Shown: in pieces, positions 29,848 to 37,249 of the stretch | Layout: each line of letters starts with the position of its first letter | Position numbering within the stretch: the stretch's first letter is position 1 | Source: an uncultured Candidatus Binatia bacterium | GTDB lineage: Bacteria; Desulfobacterota; Binatia; UBA9968; JAJDTQ01 | Direction: 5' to 3' | Assembly (NCBI GenBank): GCA_965242525.1 | Contig: OZ251459.1 | Location: 928,001 to 992,000 of the forward strand | Length of the DNA stretch: 64,000 nucleotides | The notes under the pieces: generated by a model | Told to the model about the DNA's origin: nothing | Database searches by the model: none | What the model saw: only the letters and a program-made list of their open reading frames with translations | Position numbers and translations under genes: made by a program

Positions 29848-32004
29848 ATGCAGGGTGAAGGAGGGAAGCTGTCCATGGAATATCAATCTTCGAAAGGGGA
29901 AGACGACCACCCGTGCACCCCCTCCTCGCGGAATTTCCGGTCCGGACGCTTCCCCCTGCTGTTGCTGCTGCTCGCGCTGTCCACGTTGTTCCTGTGCAAC
30001 GTGGACAAGGGATACCTCTACCGTCCCAACCTCCATGACTTCAACACCATAATGAATCTGGCGGCAGCCGAGAACCTGTCACCCGACCACAATTTCCGGT
30101 TGTTCGTCCCGCAAATCATGGAACCGGGCGGCGCCCACGCATATATGTACAGCCGCTTTCCCGTGGGTGGATACGTATTCATCAAGCTCGCCATCCTCCC
30201 CTTCGGAAACGACTTGTCCGCCAGTATCCTCGCGGCCCGAATGCTCATGTTGCTCCTGTTCAGCGGTGCTGCGCTCCTGGCCTTCCACTCCCTCGCCCGC
30301 ATCACTTCCCGGGGCTGGGTCGCCCTGGCCGCCACCCTCGCGGCGTTCTCCTCCTACTACATGCTGTTCCACGGCGACTCGGTCTCCGTGGAGGTCAGCG
30401 TGGACCTGTTCGCGGTCCTGCTGGCCTTCCACGGCATGGTGGTGTTCGTGCAGGAGGGACGGTTCCGGCAGTTGCTGGTCAAGACCTTGGTTGCGCTGCT
30501 GCTGGGGTGGCACGTGTACGCCTTCCTGTCGCCGTTCATCCTCCTGGGCCTGGGGAGCGAGGCAGTCCGTGCCTGGAAGGACGGGACCGCGCTGTGGCCT
30601 CGTGTGCGCTCGGTGGGGGCGGCGGTGCTGCGCAGCCGCTACACGGCCCTTGGCCTGGCTGCGCTGCTGTTCGGCGCGACGGTCCTGGGCTTCAACTTCG
30701 CCAACGAGTACGCCGCGTTCGGAGGCGAGACCGCGGTGACCGAACTGCCGTCGTTCCAGTCCATGCTCAGGCGCACCGGACTGGACCGGGACTCCGCCTC
30801 CGCCGGATGGTGGATGGGTTTCCTGCGAGGGCAGTTCTATCGTGTCCGCATGGCGTCGGTTCCCCTGGCGTTGACCGACTGGGGCGCCGGTTTGCGGGGG
30901 TGGTTCCCCTCGGTTCCCTATTCGGGGTCCGGCCTTTCGGGGCCGGAGTTGTCGCTTTACCTCCTGTTGTTGCTGCTGGCGGTGGCCGCAGCCGCGGTCG
31001 TGGTCCGGCTTGCGAGGCGGCTGTTGCCCCGGCGGCGTCGAATGCCGTTGGCCGTCCTTGGCCTGTCGGGGTTCTTCTGGGCCCTGCCCATGCGCCATAA
31101 CGTTGCGGACTTCGCCCACGACCATGAGGCGGTGTACTACGTGGGCGTGCCGCTGGTGTTGTACTCACTGCTCCTGTTGTACGTCCACAAGCGCTGGGGG
31201 CATGGTCCGGTGGTCGGCTTCGCAGTTGCGGCGCTGCTCGCCTTCGTGGTCTCCGCCTTCCAGATGTACCAACGCTGGATACCTGACGCCCGGGCGGCGG
31301 AGGTCCAGCGCACCGCCATGGCCGAACTCGGGGCCATCCGCGAAACCACCCGGGGAAAGGTGGTCCTGATCCTCAAGGCCGTCGAGCCGGGATGGCTCAT
31401 GCAGGTCTCACAGCCGCGCCACGAATGGAATTACTACTTCGCCGGAAGCATCCTGACATACGCCCGCGACGTGGAAGCGGGCGCCCGGGCCGCGGACTTC
31501 ATCGTCACCCGCGACCGTGTGGAGAGCGGCGCCCTGCTCACCCCCGGGAACGAACGGGTGTTCCTGTACGGTTCCGCAGGTATCGGCGACCTGGTGGAGT
31601 CGTACCGGGCCGCTTACCGGCAGGTGGTGTCCTCCGGGGCCCCTGTGGCGCGCTCCCACTTCGACGTCTATCTCGGCGACGAAGCGCTGACCTTCGTCAG
31701 GGAGCCTTGCGTCGGGGAGGATGTGAGATACTGGATCGTCATGAGCGCGGTCCCGGAAGACCTGAAGGACCTGCCCGGATGGCTCCGCCTGCGATACCAC
31801 CCCGGCCACCCCATCTTGAAGTCCGGCACGTTTCCCATACTGTTCGAGGAGAAGTGCATCGCTGTCCTTCCGCTCCCCGATTACCCCGTTTCCCGCATCA
31901 AGGTGAGACAGTCGCTACGCCGGTCCCGTGATAGCTCCCATCCACACGGCTGGAAGGTAGAGATACCGGCGAGCCGGTGGCCGGTGCCATCCCATGGAGG
32001 GTAA
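29848..32004 (+). CDS. GT-C-like membrane protein, array copy 10
   Basis: Intact 718 aa paralog. Confidence 0.75.
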   Translation: MQGEGGKLSMEYQSSKGEDDHPCTPSSRNFRSGRFPLLLLLLALSTLFLCNVDKGYLYRPNLHDFNTIMNLAAAENLSPDHNFRLFVPQIMEPGGAHAYMYSRFPVGGYVFIKLAILPFGNDLSASILAARMLMLLLFSGAALLAFHSLARITSRGWVALAATLAAFSSYYMLFHGDSVSVEVSVDLFAVLLAFHGMVVFVQEGRFRQLLVKTLVALLLGWHVYAFLSPFILLGLGSEAVRAWKDGTALWPRVRSVGAAVLRSRYTALGLAALLFGATVLGFNFANEYAAFGGETAVTELPSFQSMLRRTGLDRDSASAGWWMGFLRGQFYRVRMASVPLALTDWGAGLRGWFPSVPYSGSGLSGPELSLYLLLLLLAVAAAAVVVRLARRLLPRRRRMPLAVLGLSGFFWALPMRHNVADFAHDHEAVYYVGVPLVLYSLLLLYVHKRWGHGPVVGFAVAALLAFVVSAFQMYQRWIPDARAAEVQRTAMAELGAIRETTRGKVVLILKAVEPGWLMQVSQPRHEWNYYFAGSILTYARDVEAGARAADFIVTRDRVESGALLTPGNERVFLYGSAGIGDLVESYRAAYRQVVSSGAPVARSHFDVYLGDEALTFVREPCVGEDVRYWIVMSAVPEDLKDLPGWLRLRYHPGHPILKSGTFPILFEEKCIAVLPLPDYPVSRIKVRQSLRRSRDSSHPHGWKVEIPASRWPVPSHGG

Positions 32005-34159
32005 AGGAGAGAAGCTGTCCATGAAACGTCCATCTTCGAAAGGGGAAGACGGACCACCCGTGTACCCCTCCCGGAATTTCCGGTCCGGACGCCTCCCCTT
32101 GTTGTTGCTGCTGCTCGCGCTGTCCACGTTGTTCCTGTGCAACCTGGACAAGGGATACCTCTACCGTCCCGGCTTCCATGACTTCAACACCATGAAGATC
32201 CTGACGCTGGCCGAGAACCTGTCGCCCGACCACAATTTCCGGTTGCTCCAGGGGTGGTACATGGAACCGGACGGCGCCCCCACGTACCATATGTACAGCC
32301 GCTTTCCCGTGGGCGGATTCGCACTCATCAAGCTCGCCATCCTCCCCTTCGGAAACGACCTGTCCGCCAAGATCCTGGCCGCCCGAATGCTCATGTTGCT
32401 CCTGTTCAGCGCCGCAGCGGTCCTGGCCTTCCACTCCCTCGTCCGCATCACCTCCCGGGGCTGGGTCGCCCTGGCCGCCACCCTTGCGGCGTTCTCCTCC
32501 TACTACATGCTGTTCTATGGCGACGCGGTTTACAACGAGGTCAGCGTGGACCTGTTCGCGGTCCTGCTGGCCTTCCACGGCATGGTGGTGTTCGTGCAGG
32601 AGGGACGGTTCCGGCAGTTGCTGGCCAAGACCTTGGTTGCGCTGCTGCTGGGGTGGCACGTGTACGCCTTCCTGTCGCCGTTCATCCTCCTGGGCCTGGG
32701 GAGCGAGGCAGTCCGGGCGTGGAAGGAAGGAACCGCGGTGTGGCCGCGTGTGCGCTTCACCGGGGCGGCGGTGCTGCGCAGCCGCTACATGGCCCTTGGC
32801 TTGGCCGCGCTGCTGTTCGGCGCTGCGGTCCTGGGCTTCAACTTCGCCAACGAGTACGCCGCGTTCGGAGGCGAGACCGCGGTGACCGAACTGCCGTTGT
32901 TCCGGTCCATCCTCAGGCGCACCGGACTGGACCAGGACTCCGCCTCCGTCGGATGGTGGATGGGTTTCCTGCGAGGGCAGTTCTATCGTGTCCGCATGGC
33001 GTCGGTTCCCCTGGCGCTGACCGACTGGAGCGTCGGTTTGCGTGGGTGGTTCCCCTCGGTTCCCTATTCGGGGTCCGGCCTTTCGGGGCCGGAGTTGTCG
33101 CTTTACCTCCTGTTGTTGCTGCTGGCGGTGGCCGCCTCTGCGGTCGTGGTCCGGCTTGCGAGGCGGCTGTTGCCCCGGCGGCGCCAAATGCCGTTGGCCG
33201 TCCTTGGCCTGTCAGGGTTCTTCTGGGCCCTGCCCATGCGCCATAACGTCGCACCCCTCGCCCACGACCAAGAGGCAGTGTACTACGTGGGGGTCCCGCT
33301 GGTGTTGTACTCACTGCTCCTGCTGTACATCCACAAGCGCTGGGGGCATGGTCCGGTGGTCGGTCTCGCAGTTGCGGCGCTGCTCGCCTTCGTGGTCTCC
33401 GCGTTCCAGATGTACCAGCGGTGGATCCCTGACGCCCGGGCGGCGGAGATCCAGCGGACCGCCATGTCCGAACTCGGGGCCATCCGCGAAACCACCCGGG
33501 GAAAGGTGGTCCTGGTCCTCGAATCCGTCGAGCCGGGATGGCCCGCGCAGGTCACACAGCCGCGCCACGCATGGAGTTACTACCTCGCCGGAAGCATCCT
33601 GATATACTCCCGCGACGTGGAGGCGGGTGCCCGCGCCGCGGATTTCATCGTCACTCGCGACCGGGTGGAGAGCGGCGCCCTGCTCACCCCCGGGAACGAA
33701 CGGATGTTCCTGTATGGTCCCGCAGGTATCGACGACTTGGTGGAGTCGTACCGGGCGGCTTACCGGCAGGTGGTGTCCTCCGGGGCCCCAGCGGCGCGTT
33801 CCCACTTCGACGTCTATCTCGGCGACGAAGCGCTGACCTTCGTCAGGGAGCCTTGCGTCCGGAGGGATGTAAGACGCGAGATCCGCCTGAGGGCGGTTCC
33901 GGAAGACCTGAAGGACCTGCCCGGATGGCTCCGCATGCGATACGGCTCCGACCACATCCTCTTCGACTCCACCGCGTTGCCCATGCTGTTCGAGGAGAAG
34001 TGTATGGCTGTCCTTCCACTCCCCGATTACGCCGTATCCCGCATCAGGGTGAGACAGGCGCTACACCCATCCCGCATCAAGGTGGGACATGCGCTACACC
34101 CATCCCGTGACAAGTTGTATCGATATGGCTGGAAAGCGGAGGTACCGGCGAACCGGTAA
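31994..34159 (+). CDS. GT-C-like membrane protein, array copy 11
   Basis: Intact 721 aa paralog. Confidence 0.75.
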   Translation: MEGKGEKLSMKRPSSKGEDGPPVYPSRNFRSGRLPLLLLLLALSTLFLCNLDKGYLYRPGFHDFNTMKILTLAENLSPDHNFRLLQGWYMEPDGAPTYHMYSRFPVGGFALIKLAILPFGNDLSAKILAARMLMLLLFSAAAVLAFHSLVRITSRGWVALAATLAAFSSYYMLFYGDAVYNEVSVDLFAVLLAFHGMVVFVQEGRFRQLLAKTLVALLLGWHVYAFLSPFILLGLGSEAVRAWKEGTAVWPRVRFTGAAVLRSRYMALGLAALLFGAAVLGFNFANEYAAFGGETAVTELPLFRSILRRTGLDQDSASVGWWMGFLRGQFYRVRMASVPLALTDWSVGLRGWFPSVPYSGSGLSGPELSLYLLLLLLAVAASAVVVRLARRLLPRRRQMPLAVLGLSGFFWALPMRHNVAPLAHDQEAVYYVGVPLVLYSLLLLYIHKRWGHGPVVGLAVAALLAFVVSAFQMYQRWIPDARAAEIQRTAMSELGAIRETTRGKVVLVLESVEPGWPAQVTQPRHAWSYYLAGSILIYSRDVEAGARAADFIVTRDRVESGALLTPGNERMFLYGPAGIDDLVESYRAAYRQVVSSGAPAARSHFDVYLGDEALTFVREPCVRRDVRREIRLRAVPEDLKDLPGWLRMRYGSDHILFDSTALPMLFEEKCMAVLPLPDYAVSRIRVRQALHPSRIKVGHALHPSRDKLYRYGWKAEVPANR

Positions 34160-34230
34160 TCCTCCTCTCCCCGGCCGCGGTGGTCCCACGGACGGCAAAG
34201 GGGAAGCCGTCCATTGGACGATCCCGGAAA

Positions 34231-34259
34231 TTGACAACCGCGGACGGATGCGGTAGAAA
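34231..34259 (+). promoter_or_regulatory. sigma70-like promoter for tRNA-Gly/rdgB
   Basis: TTGACA-17 bp-TAGAAA ending 12 nt before the tRNA. Confidence 0.65.
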
Positions 34260-34271
34260 GATCTCCGGGAT

Positions 34272-34348
34272 GCGGGTGTAGCTCAGTTGGCTAGAGCGTA
34301 TGCTTGCCAAGCATAAGGTCGCCGGTTCGACCCCGGTCACCCGCTCCA
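34272..34348 (+). tRNA. tRNA-Gly (GCC)
   Basis: GCGGGTGTAGCTCAGTTGGCTAGAGCG-TATGC-TTGCCAA-GCATA-AGGTC-GCCGGTTCGACCCCGGT-CACCCGC-T-CCA; U73 discriminator. Confidence 0.96.
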
Positions 34349-34406
34349 ACCTCCCACGATCGGGCTTCCTTCCAGCCCCACCGTCAACCATCCGGTTCTC
34401 GACGCC

Positions 34407-34976
34407 GTGCACGGACCCCTGAAATTCGCCACATCCAACCGTCACAAGTTCAGCGAGGCCAGCGCCATCCTTGCGGACTACGGAATCGCCGTGGAGATGG
34501 CCGCCATGGAACTTCGGGAGATCCAGGCCGAGACGCTGGAGGAGATCGCCGCGGAGAAGGCCAGGGAGGCGTCCCGACGGCTGGACGGTCCGGCCATGGT
34601 GGAGGATACCGGCCTGTTCATCCACCGCTTGCGCGGATTTCCCGGACCCTACTCGGCCTACGTGTTCCGCACCCTTGGCAACGAAGGCGTCTTGCGGCTG
34701 TTGGAGGCCGCCGAAGACCGGGGGGCCACGTTCCGTTCCGTGTTCGCGTACTGCCGACCGGGCGCCTCTCCCGAGTGCTTCACCTCCGCAGTGCCCGGGG
34801 CCATCGCTCCGGCGTGCCGGGGAAGAGGGTGGGGCTACGACCCCATCTTCGTGGCCGAGGGAGCGTCGGGAAGGACCTACGGCGAGCTCGGCAGCGACAA
34901 GAACCGGTTGTCCCACCGCCGCCTGGCCCTGGAGAACCTTGCCCGCTGGATGCAGAGAGCCGGAAGCTTCCCCTGA
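34407..34976 (+). CDS. rdgB: Non-canonical purine NTP pyrophosphatase (RdgB/HAM1), archaeal-type motifs
   Basis: FATSN.HK, VEDTGL, GFPGPY, GWGYDPIF, KNRLSHR. Confidence 0.92.
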   Translation: MHGPLKFATSNRHKFSEASAILADYGIAVEMAAMELREIQAETLEEIAAEKAREASRRLDGPAMVEDTGLFIHRLRGFPGPYSAYVFRTLGNEGVLRLLEAAEDRGATFRSVFAYCRPGASPECFTSAVPGAIAPACRGRGWGYDPIFVAEGASGRTYGELGSDKNRLSHRRLALENLARWMQRAGSFP

Positions 34977-35018
34977 AAAGCCTTTTGCCTCGTCTGCGCC
35001 CGTGAGCGGGAGTTGCGC

Positions 35019-35780
35019 CTATTCCGGCAACGGGTCGAACATCCCTTCTCCGGAACGCGACCGGACCACACCGTCGAAATAGACGACGGTGGTTTCCCTG
35101 CCCGCCGCTGCGGCGTTCCGGGAGACGAAGGACCGGTACATGCCGTACTTGAAATAGACCTCGTCACAGGTCATGGTGGGTCCCTCGTAGGCGACCTTCC
35201 GGTCTCCGTTCACCCAGACCTCGAACCGACCGCGGTCCCCTTTCGTCCAGTGGGCATGGACGACGATGTCGTTCCACTTGCCCACGAACCCGGACGCTGG
35301 CAGGAGCGGGTAACGGCGGTCGAAGCCGGCGATCACCGGCTGGACGTTCAGGTGATACCCCCCTGCGTGCTCCTGGAACTGGAACGCGACCTTGCAGCCC
35401 TTCTGGTGGAACTGGCCGTAGGTCGATTTCACCGGGTAGAGGTTCACGTGACCCTCGGGAAGGAGGATCGACCAGCGATACCAGTACTCGTCCCCTTCGT
35501 ACTGCCTCGGAGGAACCTGGATCAATTCCGACCGCTCCCTGTCGTTGTCGCAGTCGCTCCACCCCCGGTTGGACGACGAACAATCCCCGGGCTTCACCTC
35601 GAACCGCTCCGAGTGCTTCCCGTAGCGCACCGGATGGTCGGGCGCCGAAACGGTCCGATGCCCGTGGCTCGTCGCTCCGATGGGAAGGGAGCGTGTGAAG
35701 CGCCAACCGGGACCGTCCGAAACGCAGCCCGCGGCCAGTTGGCCCAGCAGGACCGCGAGGCACAAGCAACGCCAAGTCAT
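35019..35780 (-). CDS. Polysaccharide lyase-like (heparin lyase I / PF14099-type beta-sandwich) lipoprotein
   Basis: Lipobox LAAG-C; RFEVKPGD, RERSEL, YWYRWS, GQFH, W.DIVVH..W, EVWVNG, YFKYGMYR. This is the C-terminal part of the 1143-aa track ORF. Confidence 0.75.
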   Translation of the reverse strand: MTWRCLCLAVLLGQLAAGCVSDGPGWRFTRSLPIGATSHGHRTVSAPDHPVRYGKHSERFEVKPGDCSSSNRGWSDCDNDRERSELIQVPPRQYEGDEYWYRWSILLPEGHVNLYPVKSTYGQFHQKGCKVAFQFQEHAGGYHLNVQPVIAGFDRRYPLLPASGFVGKWNDIVVHAHWTKGDRGRFEVWVNGDRKVAYEGPTMTCDEVYFKYGMYRSFVSRNAAAAGRETTVVYFDGVVRSRSGEGMFDPLPE

Positions 35781-35821
35781 GTGGGTCTTCGCGCCGGTCC
35801 CGTGCCGACTCGGGTCGAAGG

Positions 35822-37234
35822 TCAGGCCCCGTTGACCGCCCGGTAGTGGTCCTGCAGCACCCGGGCCACGCAGCCGGTGAGGTTCATGGCGGCCTCCAGG
35901 TGCAGGAACTCGTTGGGGCCGTGGGCGTTGGACCTGGGACCCAATACGCCGGTGATCATGAACTGGGCTTCCGGGAACTTCTCCGCCAGCATGCCCATGA
36001 AGGGGATGGCGCCGCCTTCGCCCGCGGCGCAGGCGTCCCGGCCGAAGAACTCCCGGGAGGCCCGGGCCAGCGAGTCTTCGAGCCACGGCTGGAAGGCCGG
36101 CGCGTTCCAGCCGCCGGCGCCCTGTCCCGCACGGAAGGTCACCTTGGCGCGGTACGGCGGTTCCCGGGTCAGGATGTCTTCGAGGCAAGCCACCGCGGCC
36201 TTGGGGTCCGCGGTGGGAGGCAGGCGCAGGGAGAGCTTGACCCGGGTCTCCGGGCGCAGCACGTTGCCGGCCTGTTCCAGGGTCGGCAGCCCCGCGGCGC
36301 CGATGACCTCCAACTGCGGTCGCCAAGTGCGGTTCAACAAGAGCTCCGCGGCGTCGCCGCGCACGGGCTCCGCCTGCGGCTGAAAGGGGTAGTCCCGGTG
36401 CACCCGGGCGCCGAGCACTTGCGCCGCGGCCTTGGCCTGGGCCATCCGGTCGGGGGGTATGTCCACATGCAGGTCCCGGGGCCGGATCTCTCCGGTGTCC
36501 TCGTCCTCGATGCGGCTCAACAGGCTCCGGAGGATCCGGAAGCTCGACGGCACGATGCCGCTGGCGGCGCCGGAATGCACCCCCTCGGTCAGGGTCGATA
36601 CCGAGAGCGTGGCGTTGACCACGCCCCGCAACGAGGTGGTGACCCACAGGCGTTCGTAGTCGCCGCACCCGGAGTCCAGGCACACCACCAGGTCCGGGGC
36701 GCCGATGCGGTCCGCCAGCGCGGTGACGTAGTGGGGCAGGTCGAAGCTGCCGCTCTCCTCGCAGGCCTCGATGAGGATCACGCAGCGTGCGCAGGGAACG
36801 GACTGGAGCTTCAGAGCCCGGACTGCGGTCAACGCCGCGAACAGGGCATAACCGTCGTCCGCGGCGCCGCGGCCGTAGAGCTTGCCGTCCTCCAGCACCG
36901 GCTTCCAGGGTCCCAGGCCCGAACGCCATCCTTCCATGGGCGGCTGCTTGTCCAGGTGGCCGTAGAGCAGCACCGTGCCGCGGCCGGACCCGGGGGCCTC
37001 CATGAACAGTAGCGGCGTCCGCCCCTCCGCCCGCTGCACCTCGATCTTCAGCCCCGGCACGTCCTGGGCCTTTGCCCAGCGGGTGAACAGTTCCACAGCC
37101 CGGTCCATGTGGCCGTGCTCCCGCCACCGCGCATCGAAGGCCGGAGACTCGTTGGGGATGGCGATGTACTCTTGCAGGGCAGGGATGACGCTGGTTCGCC
37201 AAGTCTCGCGTATGAACGATTGTATCCGGGTCAT
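35822..37234 (-). CDS. M20 family dipeptidase (CNDP2/Dug1-like)
   Basis: LLYGHLDKQP, LYGRGAADD, EEESGS-like CEESGS, HSG, NAHGPNE. Confidence 0.88.
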   Translation of the reverse strand: MTRIQSFIRETWRTSVIPALQEYIAIPNESPAFDARWREHGHMDRAVELFTRWAKAQDVPGLKIEVQRAEGRTPLLFMEAPGSGRGTVLLYGHLDKQPPMEGWRSGLGPWKPVLEDGKLYGRGAADDGYALFAALTAVRALKLQSVPCARCVILIEACEESGSFDLPHYVTALADRIGAPDLVVCLDSGCGDYERLWVTTSLRGVVNATLSVSTLTEGVHSGAASGIVPSSFRILRSLLSRIEDEDTGEIRPRDLHVDIPPDRMAQAKAAAQVLGARVHRDYPFQPQAEPVRGDAAELLLNRTWRPQLEVIGAAGLPTLEQAGNVLRPETRVKLSLRLPPTADPKAAVACLEDILTREPPYRAKVTFRAGQGAGGWNAPAFQPWLEDSLARASREFFGRDACAAGEGGAIPFMGMLAEKFPEAQFMITGVLGPRSNAHGPNEFLHLEAAMNLTGCVARVLQDHYRAVNGA

Positions 37235-37249
37235 GCCCGCGGTCTCCGG

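Larger units (their letters stand above)
10512..34230 (+). repeat. Tandem array of 11 gene-length units (period 2135-2183 bp) plus a degenerate trailing linker
   Basis: Starts of copies 2-11 at 12585, 14737, 16880, 19063, 21243, 23383, 25557, 27692, 29848, 31994. Long near-identical nucleotide stretches occur in every unit. Confidence 0.97.

Noticed and set aside
9649-33955. Recurrent antisense and alternate-frame ORFs inside the array
   Set aside because: They recur only because the DNA is repeated. Their lengths and stop positions vary between copies while the sense frame stays intact.
10486-34159. Diversity-generating retroelement (DGR) as the source of array variation
   Set aside because: No reverse transcriptase or non-coding template repeat in the window. 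Differences involve all four bases plus indels and are spread over several segments rather than adenine positions in one VR. A remote RT cannot be excluded, but the pattern does not fit.
10486-34159. Shufflon/invertase or integron cassette system
   Set aside because: All copies are full-length and co-oriented. I saw no recombinase, no inverted crossover sites and no attC-like palindromes in the 23-nt linkers.
10486-34159. Pure assembly artefact (one gene repeated)
   Set aside because: Each copy has private substitutions and in-frame indels, and the ends are distinct. Not fully excluded without reads, so it is kept as a refutation test.
34272-34420. Integrative element at tRNA-Gly
   Set aside because: No integrase and no duplicated tRNA 3' end found in the window.
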